A DNA stretch of 64,000 bases from Octopus vulgaris. Its lineage: Eukaryota. Numbering within the stretch: position 1 is the stretch's first letter; every line of letters starts with the position of its first letter. The position numbers were made by a program, and so were the translations under genes. Under the pieces are notes generated by a model that was not told the origin of the DNA, ran no database searches, and saw only the letters and a program-made list of their open reading frames with translations. This document shows, one piece after another, positions 28,201 through 42,011 of this stretch. The DNA is taken from NCBI GenBank assembly GCA_951406725.2, contig OX597814.1, positions 30,070,001 through 30,134,000 on the forward strand, given 5' to 3'.

Positions 28201-29993
28201 TCAATAATATATATGTCTAACCTCTTCTAACATGGAAAAACACAGATGTAAAATCAAATGAAATTAAAAGTGTACAGAGCAGCATTGTATATCAACTCTA
28301 GAAGGAAGTAACAGAAAAAAATTATCAAACAACAACAATATTGGTAATAATGATAACACTAATAATTCTTACCTCCATAACCAGTGCAACATGCGTAAAT
28401 AACCCATCCAACACACAGGCCCCATACACTGCGATTGGCTGTTGTATAGAATGATGCTGTATCTTGAGTCATTGCGTACCCATTATTGAGATTGTATAAG
28501 CCATAGAGAATGGAAACGGCAGATATTGTAGCCATCATCCATAGAACTGCACAAACATACTGCAAAAAAGTCAAATATATATATATATATATATATATAC
28601 ATACACACACATAAATGAGTGAAAAAAATGAATGAAAGCAGCTGTCAACACATTTGGTTAGCGTTACATAAATTTTTAATAATTTAAAAGAAATTCTCTC
28701 CACTCTGGCTCTGAATATCTGATGCGATGGACCTGTCTTATGTCCACAATTAAGTAAAACTGTTATTAACTATATGTATGAATGTATGTGTTTGTGTATA
28801 CATACATACATACATACATACATACATTAGTATCAAACTAATACACCTACTTGTTTATACACCTGTCTTCGTCTTTTGTTTTTCTGTAAATTAGGGAGTG
28901 TAAATGTGCACCCACGTAAAAAGCACCCACTACACTCACGGAGTGGTTGGCGTTAGGAAGGGCATCCAGCTGTAGAAACATTGCCAGATCTGACTGGGCC
29001 TGATGAAGCCTTCCAGCTTCACAGACCCCAGTTGAACCGTCCAACCCATGCTAGCATGGAAAACGGACGCTAATGATGATGATGATGATGATGATAGGGA
29101 GTATAGCTCCAAACTTACAGGAAAAATTCAATTTAGTATTAAATCAAATTTCACAGTATAAATATATAAAATACATATGAATATATATCATCATGATCAT
29201 CATTTAACGTCCGTTTTCCATGCTAGCATGGGTTGGACGGTACAACCGGGGTCCGGTAAGCCATGGAGGCTGCAGCAGGCTCTAGTCTGATTTGGCAGTG
29301 TTTCTACAGCTGGATGTCCTTCCTAACGCCAACCACTCCGTGAGTGTAGCGGGTGTTTTTTACGTGCCACTGGCACAGGAGCCAGAGCAGGCTGGCAAAC
29401 GGCCACGATCGGTTGGTCTTTTTACGTGTCACCGACACGGACGCCAGTCGGGCGACGCTAGTAACTGCCACGCTTGAACGGTGCTGATGAACTTGATTAA
29501 TTATAGTTATATTATTTGCTATTTATGTATTGGTTTATGTCTATCACTGTTTGAGTTGCATAATAGTGGTTTTATCTCTAATTCATATTTTATATATATC
29601 TTTATATATAAAAGTGAAGTTGTGTGTCTGTCTCCTACGATTTAGATTCCTAACTACTCCCACATTTTGCGGTGCAGTTTAACCAAATTAGGTTATAGTC
29701 GTGATTCAGATTGAGCCCTTCTGGGTATTAGCGTGCGTCTACAATGAGTCTACGATTTAAAAGAAAAATTACCATCATTTTTTTTCCCATTTTAATACAT
29801 TTTTTCGCTATTATATAAGGGAAGTAACTCTCTAAAAATGTCTACGATGAGTCTACGATTTTAAAAAAAAATTTATCATAATTTTTTTTCCATTTTTAAT
29901 GCATTTTTTTGCTATTTTTTGGCTATAACTCTCTAAAAATGCTTATATAGTTATTTCCCTTACAAACCCGAGCAACGCTGGGCGATACTGCTA

Positions 29994-30048
<55 letters not shown>

Positions 30049-31517
30049 ACCAAAAGTGAATGTACGGCACTATATGTATATATAAAAAATCAAAACAAAA
30101 AATGGAGCAGGAACATAACAGGCAACAATACAACATTCGGACAGTAGATGATACAAAAAAGGACAGGGAAAAACAAGGATGGGACAGTTCCTAAGACTCT
30201 AGTACTCTTAGCTTAGATTTCCTTGGTGCCAGCCAGACTAGAGCAGTCTCGAGATTAACTGGCCGAAACTGCGAAGATGATCTGCTTCTCAACTGAAGAC
30301 TGAAAGCTCCGAATGTCCTGTCCTTGTTTTTTTCTGTCCTTTTTTGTATCACCTACTGTGCGAATGTTTTGTTGTCGCCTATTATGTTCTTGTTCCTTCT
30401 TTTGTTTTGATTTTTTTAATATATACACTAGCAGTATCGCCCGGCGTTGCTCGGGTTTGTAAGGGAAATAACTATATAAGCATTTTTAGAGATGTAAAGT
30501 ATAATAGCCATCTCAATATGGTTAACCACAAAGGGGGTGTGTTACTGTAGCTTTTTACGTTCTGAGATTTAATAATACATTTTTAGAGAGTTACTTCCCT
30601 TATATAATAGCAAAAAAATGCATTAAAATGGAAAAAAATGATGGTAAATTATTTTTAAAATCGTAGACTCATCGTAGATGCGCGCTAATACCCAGAAGGG
30701 CTCGATATGAATCACGACTATAAGATACCCACTTTTGGTTAAACTGCACCGCAAAATGTGGGAGTAGTTAGGAATCTAAATCGTAGGAGACAGACACACA
30801 CAACTTCACTTTTATATATAAAGATATATATAGCACCGTACATACACTTTTAGTCTCTTTTGGTCTCCTGTATGTAAGTACATACATGTATATCTATATA
30901 TCTAAATTCTGTATGACTCTTATTCTTTCCTTTAGCCCCTTTCACACTTTCTTCGTTCCTTCCACTTTTATTTTTCTCGCTCCCACCCCTCTCACATTTC
31001 TTGGTACTCCATTCTCATCACTTTCCCTTCTCCTTTAACTCAGTCTGTCCCTTTCCTTTTTTTTTGTCTCTTTCTCATCCCTCCCTAATTCTTCAATCAC
31101 TATCCACTACCTCTCTCCTCTCCTTCCACATGACTGGTGTTTGGCCAAACCTGACCTTTCTTGGTTCAACTACCAGCTATGCAGCATCTCTCATATTTCT
31201 TCCCATGACTTTCATCTATCTTCCTGCCATAAGGCTTCCCTTCCATACACACCAGCTTAATTAATTTGTTCTTAGTCAAAAAACACCTGTTGTTAATGTC
31301 CTGTTGTTTTATTTGTAATTGTATACCATTTCTCTGTTTTTTTTCTTTTCGTCCTTGTTTTTGTATGCATTCACTTGCTTTCTTCCAAAGAATCTAGTAC
31401 TCTTAGCTTAGATTTCCTTGGGGCCAGCCAGATTAGAGTAGTCCCAAGATTAACCGGCCAAAACTGCAAAGATGATCTGGTTCTCGACTGAAGATTGAAA
31501 GCTCCAAATGTCCTGTC

Positions 31518-31605
<88 letters not shown>

Positions 31606-34600
31606 CGTATGTATATAAGTTAGTTGGTTTCCCTTTTTCTATGCTCATCTTCTTTCTTTATTCTTCACTCTGTTTCAGATTGGTTTTATTACCAAATATA
31701 AATATTTATGCATATCAATGGCAATACCATACAACTTTGGGAACAGAAGCAGTTGTTAGATGGGATGCAGTCTATTTGCACTGAATTAATGAATAATAAT
31801 TGATGTAAGTCAATTGTTGTTCATCAGTACTTCTCCGTTTTCTGTTTTCTTTAGATTTTATAAATGTATATATATATATAAAATTTGTGAAAATGCAGGC
31901 TGGAAAGCAGAACATTTCCCAATTGAAGTTGGATGTATAGGATTCGTTGGATACAGTGTGAGGCAACTGTTGTTATTGTTAGGTAAACACCACCATGAAC
32001 AACATCCAAACTACAGTAGAAAAAATTAGCTACTGGATTTGGTTAAAAAGAGATGATGAGCAATGGCTAGAAGATTATTGAGCTACATTTGATAACCAAT
32101 TGATCTAGCAAGCAGGGCTTCATGTTAGTGAGGGTGGCAAGGACAATGATACCTATTTCTTTACTACCCACAAGGGGCTAAACAAAGAGGGGACAAACAA
32201 GGACAGACATAGGTATTAAGTTGATTACATCGACCCCAGTGCGTAACTGGTACTTAATTTATCGACCCCGAAAGGATGAAAGGCAAAGTTGACCTCGGCG
32301 GAATTCGAACTCACAACGTAACGCAGACGAAATACCGCTAAGCATTTCGCCCGGCGTGCTAACGTTTCTGCCAGCTTGCCGCCAAGGACAATGATACCAT
32401 CGAGTGGTAAGCTCCAAAATGGTACACATTCTCTCCTGATGACCCCATACACTTGCTGGTTTCTGGTATGCATAGCTTTCAACTGGTAGCACTTACATGT
32501 GCAAGTTGCTTGCCGCTGATAGTCTGTAACAAGGGTTCTCGACCATTTTTTATCTATGGACCCCTTTGGTTACAATTTTATTCTGGTGGATCCCCATAGC
32601 CATTTGATGCTTAAAAACTAATTTTATAGATACATTTTCCAAAATTGCTATTTTGTTTTTGCACACATTAACTTGTGTTGGTTAAACTATGTAAAATGTT
32701 AGAGAAAGAAACCTAACTGTTTCTTGCAATACATACCAATACATACATCTAAAGCCAAAGTTTTTAGGAGGCCATAAATACTACTGTAGATCCATAATTT
32801 ACTATTTTGTTGCATGGACCCTCAAAACTTTATATGGTCCCTCAGGGGCCATGTGAACCCTGGTTGAAAACCCCTAGTCTGTACAAAGAGTAGCGTAACA
32901 CTTACACGATTCATCCTCATTTTGCATTTATTTTTGTATAGAAGATAGCCAACGAGAATTCCAATGAGATATGGCCCGATTCTGATGTATGGTTTGACAT
33001 AAATATCTGTGAAGTACTTTTGGCTGATGTCACTGAAATAGATATATGCACATATTGACTAAAAATTCAGTAATATTTTGAATATATATATAAATATACA
33101 TAGCTAATCCAAACATGAAAACACGAAGAGAAAACACAACAACGCGTGGACGTGGAACAAATATAGTATTATTGGACGCTCAGGAAGAAAGGGAAGAAGG
33201 AGGGTTTAATGTTTCGAGTGGAGCTCTTCGTCAGAAACATAGGAAAAGGAAAGATCCAGAGAAGGGAAGACGGAGGAAACAAAATTGCCAACAGTACACA
33301 TGCAGTCATGGAATTTAATGCAGGTGTAATTCAAATATCCATCATTTTCTGTTAAAATATCTTATTAATGAGTTTCATTTTTTCACTTCCCTGAAGAGAT
33401 TACATTGTTTTATACCACTTTATTCTTTTGGAATAATATCAGTGATATCTTCGAAATGTGTTGGAAGTAAAAGTATTTGAATTACACCTGCGTTAAACTC
33501 CATTTATTTATTTATATATTTTACAAAATATTTCACGTAACCTGAAGTTTCTACCTTTAAAAACAAAGAGTTACAACCTCTTTACTTGTGTGGTTTTTTG
33601 CTACCCTGGTCACTATTTATCTATTTTTTCTGTGTAAATTGTTAACAAGGGGAAAATACACACATCTATATATATATATATATATATGTGTGTGTATATG
33701 AATATTATTTTTTAGGGAATAAAAATTCCAACATAACAGGGGTTCAAATTATTCTAAATTAAAAAATATATATATATATATATACACATATATACAAACA
33801 TATGCACACATACAGTTATGTATATACTAGATAGCATGAAAAGGTTCCCAGACTAGTTCTGTAGTATGCTAACAGATGGCAGCACTTGGTTGTGTGCACA
33901 GCAAAAGCTAGCAGTGACCTTCAGGTGGCAGTGTGCCATGTGATATTGCTGTGTTTACTTTGCAAGCTGTGAAATTTGTGTTTTTGTGATCAAGTGTGTT
34001 TCTTTATTACCCACTAGGGGCTAAACATAGACGGGACAAACAAGGACAGACAAATGGATTAAGTTGATTACATCGATCCCAATGCTAAAACTGGTACTTA
34101 ATTTATCGACCCCAAAAGGATGAAAGGCAAAGTCGACCTCGGCGGAACTTGAACTCAGAACATAACGGAAGACGAAATACAGCTACGCATTTCGCCCGGC
34201 ATGCTAACGTTTCTGCCAACTCGCCACCTTTTATGATCAAGTGTATGCTGTAGTCTGTGATTTTGTAAAGAGCCAATGTGAAATTTTGCCTTAAACTTTG
34301 AGCATGCTTTGGCAAGCTTATGGCCATGAGGCAATGGGTTGTATACAATATTTTGAGTGGTACAAGTGCTTCAAAAGCTGAAGAATGTCCCTGGAAGATG
34401 ATGAACTATCTGAAAGACTTGCCACAAGTGTCACTCCTGATAAATTGATATTGTGCATCGGGAATTTGTACCTCAGGGCCAGATTGTCAATAGGAAGTTT
34501 TACTGTGGCATTGTGAAGCATTTGAGGGAGAATATTTGGTGAAAGTGACCAGACTAGTGGAGCGCGAAGAATCCAGTTCTTCAAGATGACAATGCAGCTT

Positions 34601-37450
34601 GTAACCAAGATCTTCTCACTCATGAGTTTCTCACCAAAAACAACATGGTGTCTCTTCCACACCTACTCTCTTCACAAAATTTAGAACCTGCAGACTTCAT
34701 CTCAAGATGAAAATGCAGCTCAAAAGTTGCCTTTTTAACACCAGAGCTGAAATCCAGAGCAAATTGCAGAAGGGCCTCGACTTGCTTACAAAAAAATGAC
34801 TTCCGGGTCAGATTCCAAAAATGGTAGGAATTCTGAGACAGTGCATTGCTGCTCAAAGTTACTATTTCAAAGGAGATGATGTTAAAACTTAGGTAAATAA
34901 GTAATTTTTTTAGGCACAGGTGTGGCTGTGTGGTAAGTAGCTTGCTTACCAACCACATGGTTCCGGGTTCAGTCCCACTGCGTGGCACCTTGGGCAAATT
35001 TCTTCTTCTATAGCCTCGGGCCGACCAAAGCCTTGTGAGTGGATTTGGTAGACGGAAACTGAAAGATGCCCATCGTATATATGTGTATATGTATATATAT
35101 ATATGTATATATATATATATGTGTGTGTGTGTGCTTGTGTGTCTGTGTTTGTCCCCATAGCACTGCTCGACAACCAATGCTGGTGTGTTTATGTCCCCGT
35201 CACTTAGCGGTTCAGCAAAAGAGACCGATAGAATAAGTACTGGGCTTACAAAGAATAAGTACTGGGCTTACAAAGAATAAGTCCCAGGGTTGAGTTGCTC
35301 GACTAAAGGCGGTGCTCCAGCATGGCCGCAGTCAAATGACTGAAACAAGTAAAAGAAAAAAAAAAAGAAGTCCTGGAACTTCTTCATACCACCTCGTATT
35401 TGTACATAACAAAGACTGATATATACGGTTTTGTGGTTAACACATTTGTCTCCCAACCATGCAGTTTCAGATTCAGTCCTGCTGCTTGGCACATTGGACA
35501 AGTGTCTTCTGCTATGGTCTTGGGCTGACCAAACCTCTGTGGGTAGATTTGGTTGAGAGAATGGAAAGAAAGCAGCAGCAGCCGCTGCCACCATCACTAC
35601 TAATACCGATGTTAGCATCATCATTTTGTTACATTATATGTATGTGCGTGTCTGCCTAACACAATAGTACGAAAATGTTACTATTAAACTTAATACATGA
35701 ATGCTTTACTCGTAATCTCGTTTGGGTCAACAATTTGCTCTAGAGTTATCTCCCTTGTTCAAGTGATTAACCCTTTTGTAACTGTATTTCTTCTGAGATG
35801 CTCTGTGTTTCTTTCAATAAATTTTAAATATAACAAAGAATTTAGTGAAATAACTTAGTTATCATTCAGCTAGTGTTAGGAACATAAATTGTGACTAAGG
35901 TTTGGCGGAAGATTTTTATTCAAAACTTATGAAAACAAGATATTTGTACTACAGAGCCAGAGCTGGTTTCAGCTGGGTTGGTAATGAAAGGGTTAAAATA
36001 ATACTTTTCATTGAGCGAATGTATTTTTTTCCTTCACAAAATTATTTGTAATTATGATTTTAATACTCACTACATTAAATATACCAACACTAACTTTTAA
36101 CTATTGCTTTCATGTAGATACCGTTACCAATTAATTTCAATGATACATTTAACACGGGGATACCTAACTACAACAAAACAACAGAATGAAGAAGGACTGG
36201 TATCTATAATTTCATCTAATTACACTAAGTATTTCACCTTGCCATACTGATTAAATTATTTTAATCTATTTATGTTTGATTTTCTGATGAGTCATAAACA
36301 ATAAACCATCTCATAGACCAAAGTGCCAAATAGTGGTGTTAAACTAGATGACAGATTAAGTCCACTGTCCATCATCGAAAAATAGCTTTCTAAAGGAAAT
36401 TGTGAAATCATCATCATCATCATCATCGTTTAACGTCCGCTTTCCATGCTAGCATGGGTTGGACGATTTTGACTGAGGGCTGGCGAACCAGATGGTTGCA
36501 CCAGGCTCCAATCTTGGTTTGGCAGAATTTCTACAGCTGGTTGCCCTGCCTAACGCCAACCACTCCAAGAGTGTAGTGGGTGCTTTTTACGTGCCACCGG
36601 CACGGGGGCCAGTCAGGCGGTACTGGCAATGACCTTGCTCGAATCTGAATTAAACCTACATCGATACTCTTCAGGTATGACAGGTGATACTTTTATCTTG
36701 AATAGTTTGAATCAGTTAATCAGCATTTTCGTATTGGAAATATTTTCACAAATACTTACCTGTCTTGAGAGAACATAACTGGAGGTAATTTTTCTGTGGT
36801 TGAAACGACCCCTGTTGTAATTAACTGGGCCAATGAAAAAACACCAATTAACACAAAACCAACAATTTCTGAACTGGAATTATATCAAAAGAAGAAAGTG
36901 TGTTAAGGATTTCAAAGTTATATGTAAACATTCAGTTACTAATGTAACATAAAACAAACACCAAAATATAAGAAGTTTACATGGACAAATGTTTTTTTAT
37001 CATAGTTTCAGATTGATCCAAGTTACATGAGTGATATTGAACAGACAACAACTGTACTGAAACCTGTCACTTGGATTGTAACTGTGATTTACGCGAGCAG
37101 CAATGTCAATGTAATGTCATGCTTGTGTGTGTATGGAGGGGAGAAAATCAGGTGTAGTGTTGGTGGATCTCAGGAAGCATGGAAGTTTTGAAGGATGCAG
37201 TGCACCGACAGCCAACAACTGATGCCAGCAGTTTGTTCCGTACATATATACATACAGACATACACATACCTACAAATACTTACATATACATATCTTAATA
37301 TTACAAATATGTATATGGGCTCATATAGAAGCATATGGATATAAACATATAACTGGTCCATAATTCTACGAAATAAATATAAACATACACAGATACACTG
37401 ACAGACAGACAGACATACATATGCATGTGTGTGTATATATATGTATAGAT

Positions 37451-37518
<68 letters not shown>

Positions 37519-37719
37519 TCTCTCTTTAACTTGTTCCAGTCATGTGACTGTGGCCATGCTGAAGCACTGCCTCTAGTCGAGCAAATCGACCCCAGTACAT
37601 ATTCTTTGGAAGCCTAGTACTTATTCTATTGGTCTCTTTTGCCGAACCGCTAAGTTACAGGGACGTAAATACACCAGCATCAGTTGTCAAGCGATACAAA
37701 TATATACACACATACATAT

Positions 37720-37755
<36 letters not shown>

Positions 37756-40700
37756 GACGGGCTTCTTTTCAGTTTCCGCCTACCAAATCCACTCACAAGG
37801 CTTTGGTTGGCCCGAGGCTATAGTAGAAGACACTTGTCCAAGGTGCCACGCAGTGAGACTGAACCCGGAACTATGTGGTCTGTAAGCAAGCTACTTACCA
37901 CACAGCCACTCCTACGCCTATATATATACACATACACACACATACACATATCTACATAGATTTCACTGTACACATCATATTAGTGTGGCTGTCTGGTAAG
38001 AAGTTTGCTCCCCAACCGCATGAACCTGGGAAAGTGTATTCTACTATAGGCTTGGACCAACAAAGCGTTATGAGTGGATTTGATAGATGGAAACTGAAAG
38101 AAGCCCATCATATTCCTAAATATGTGTGTGCGTATCTTGTGTCTACACTTGTCACAATTGTCACTTGACATCTGGTGTTGGTGTGTTTATGTCCTCTGGA
38201 AGCCATCTACTCGCAATACCAGAGGGCGCACACTCTCCTACCCTGATGTAATCTCCAGGGATACAGACATCCAGCAACAGGACTTCCGTAATGCCATGAT
38301 GGACCGTGAAGTCTGGCGTAGCATGGTAAATTCCATTGTCTCGACCACGGTCGAACAATGATGACAATGATGATGATGTGTTTATGTCCTTGTAACTTAA
38401 CAGTTTGGCAAAAGATATCAATAGAATAAGTATCAGGCTTAAAAGAAATAAGCACTAAATTTGGTTTATTTGACTAAAGCTCTTCAAAGCCGTGCCCCAG
38501 CGTGGCCACAGTCTAATGACTGAAACAAGTAAAAGATGAAATATTGACATACAATAATGCACACATCTAATGCATCAAACACTCGGAATAAAATAATGTT
38601 CGTTGTTGATCTGATGCTTTTTCTCTCTTTAGCACATAAGTATTTATTAATTAATTAGAGTTTTTTTTTTCCTCAATGCATTAATTATGATGGAACTAAT
38701 TTGACAGTTGGTTTATATGCTGATGGCATTTGAGAGTAATTTTCCATTGTAACATCATATAGTAATTGCTGACAAATTATTGGTGAGCTGCTGTGAAGAT
38801 ATAGAAATCTCAGTTATGACCAACCCAATTATTATTCAGGCATAGTGTATCTAGGATAACATTATATAATGTATCTTTCATTTCATAATTCAACAGGCTG
38901 ATTCAAAAGATATAGATTTGGCTGCTATTTCTAGCAGAAAAGTCTCCTTGTTGCACTCCCTCGCCAACAGAAAGTCAACAAATGCAGCCTAACATAGCTG
39001 TTTAAGAAAGATGGGATCTTTTCAGTTTGAATGGCAGTTTTTAACATAATTTCTAGGTAACTAAAAAATTTTAAACTTCGTATACAGGTAGAATGTGTTT
39101 ATAAAACATCTTTTTCTCTTGGATTTATTGAGAAAATTTTATAGTTTGTAAGATATTTGTTGTTTTTTTTTTCTTCAATTTCTGCAATTTCAACCAATCA
39201 ATGACGTCCATTGAGGTAAAAAAAACATTCTCTGCCGTATGAATATGTCCCTCGTTTAAGAAACAGATTGGGTTTATTTACATTTGTGAAGAAAAAAAGA
39301 TACCCTTCCCCCCACCCCTAATCCTAACCCTAAAACAGATTGAATTGCAATAGATCGATACTAGGGTCATAATTATGGGTGACAATTTTATATGACACCC
39401 CTAGAAAAAACTGCCGTTCAAACGGAAAAGATCCGAAAGATGTGAAAGGAAACTAAGTGTTATTGATAGAATAGTATTATAGTAAATGTGAAACTAAAGA
39501 TCCACTACTTGGTGATTCGACTGTGTCCGTAATAACAATCGAATTAACTCATTTTTAAGTATTAATCCGTTTATGTTGACTGATATTAAGACCTTACATT
39601 GAAGAAGAAAAACTGTATATGGAAGGGAAATCGTTTACTTACTGATAAAGTGCTAAAATGAATATAGGGCTGATGATGTAGAACTGCATATCATTTGATA
39701 AATACCAAGTCCAGGACATACACTAAATAGGAAAAAAAGAAAAAAATAGCTACAAATATAACAAAAACTAACGATATGTGTTGAATGTTACAGGAAGACA
39801 GTAGACATACATAGACCTATAAATTCAGATAGTTCATGATTGTTTATAGATAGTTCACCATCACCATCACCACCACCATCACCACCATCACCACCACCAC
39901 CATCACCATCACCATCATCACCATCACCACCATCACCATCACCATCATCACCACCATCACCATCACCATCACCACCACCATCATCACCATCATCTTCTTC
40001 TTCTTCTTGCAATGGTTTCTGCTGCTGGATGCCCTTTCTATTGCTAACCACTTTACAAAGGCTACAGGGTGCTTTTCTCGCAGCACTGGCATGAGTGACA
40101 TCACCAAGTAACTCACAAGACAAGACCTCTTTGTCTGGAAGTGGGGCTGAAGTATTGATAGAGGGGGCTTTCTGTTAGGTATTGAGAGGCCAGAGCTGTG
40201 GTTCTCAATTGGGTCCATGAAGATCCATATGGGAGCTTGTTAAAATATATGTGTAAAAAACCAGTTATACACAAAATATTTTTATTTTTATACATTTCCT
40301 AATAATATTTAATCATATAAATATAATAGTAGGATTTTTTAATCATTGAATGGCTATGAGGGTCCACCTGTGTGAAATAAGGATCAATAGCATCTATAGG
40401 CAAAAAATGGTTGGGTACCATTGGGCTAGAAAATGATAGGTGTCTCACTGTAGCAAAAATGTATGGCTACCCTAACTGCAAGGAAAGATATGATGGAAGA
40501 GATGAGATGCAAGGGTGTATCCTCAAGGTTCAAAAAGATGAGACAGAAAGAAGTGGCATAGAAGATCAAGGATTGACAAAAGAGTAAGTTTAGAAGAGTG
40601 TGGAAGAGGATTGGTGATAATTAGAGATGGGAATAGAGGTGCATGCAGAGCATGGGTGGAGGCCTATGGTGAATCTCAGTAAGGGGAAGGAAGGTGAAGC

Positions 40701-41971
40701 AAGTAGGAGTGGGTCAAGGAGTAGGAGGCGATAAGTGTCAGTACATAGAAGGTGGTGATGGTGGTGGAGAAGAGCGACAGTATAATATAACCATAAATAG
40801 TTGGAGACGGGAGTGAGAGAAAGATGCACTGCGACAAAGATAGATAGGGGTGAATACAGGGTGAATAAATAGGGGTGAATACAGTGAGTGAGAAGCAAAG
40901 GTAGGAGGGGAAGATTTCGACCTAGTGGAACCCCTGGGCCAATAGGTTTTAGGCTCCCTATCATCATCATTATTTAATGTGTTGTTCATGCTGGCATGGT
41001 TTGGACAGTTTGACAAGAGCTGGCAAGCTGGAAGGCTGCACCAAGCTCCAGCCTTATTCAGCATGGTTTCTATAGCTGGATGCCCTTCCTAATGTCAACC
41101 ATTTTAAGAGTGTTATTATGCATTGTGCATAATAACACTATCAACTGCATAAACAAGGAGGCCAACTACATGAGCAGATATCAGAAATTTTTCAACATAC
41201 ATCTCAAAACTTAACTCTGTGGCTATGGGGGCCTGCATGGATATGTGGTTAAGAAGCTCACTTTACAGTCACATGGGCTTTACAGTTTTGGGCTCAGTCC
41301 CACTGTGTGGCACTTGGATAAGTGTCTTCTGTCATAGCTTCAGGCTAATCAATGCCCTGTGAGTGAATTTTGCTGATGGGAAAGGAGGGACTGGGCCCTA
41401 ATGGTGAAGTTTTTATCACTGTTGACAGCTTGCCTCACTCAGGTGTCAGGTGATGCCTATGAGGGTGCTTGGCGTTTCCAATGCCTTAGCCTCATCATCG
41501 CTTGTGGTAATGCCACAAGCATGCTCGCTTGCTTCAGTAGGTTCCGTTGAACCTTGTGGTGTGCAACAAGTTGAAGCACTTGGTGCTGCATTGATGTTTT
41601 GTTTTCTTCTTTTTCTCTTTTGTTTGCATTTTTTCTTTGTCTTCCTTTTGTATCGTATATGTATCATATACATACATGTTATATATGTAATAAAATATAT
41701 ATAAATCTACAAAAATTCAAGTAGAGGCCCGTCATAAATATGTGTGTGTATGTGTACGTGTGTACACATGTGTCTTTGTCTTTGAATTTGTTTGCACATA
41801 GTAGGCACAGGTGTGGCTTTGTGGTAAGAAACTTGCTTCCCAACCACATGGTTCTGAGTTCAGTCCCACTGAATGGCACCTTGGGCAAGTGTCTTTTACT
41901 ATAGCTTCGGGCCGACTAAAGCGTTAAGAGTGGATTTGGTAGACAGAAACTGAAAGAAGTTTGTCGTATAA

Positions 41972-42011
<40 letters not shown>

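Larger units (their letters stand above)
33826..35399 (+). mobile_element. Decayed, internally deleted mariner-like element carrying nested SINEs
   Basis: Remnants [33 protein letters not shown] and LPH....PADF. End-like aagtcctggaacttcttcataccacctcgta at about 35368-35399. Confidence 0.7.

Noticed and set aside
39315-39333. Interstitial telomere
   Set aside because: Only about three imperfect CCCTAA units, internal to a MITE.
39788-40218. Pro/Ser-rich (extensin-like) and Gly/Asp-rich ORFs
   Set aside because: Products of a (CAC/CAT)n tract at the tail of a repeat.
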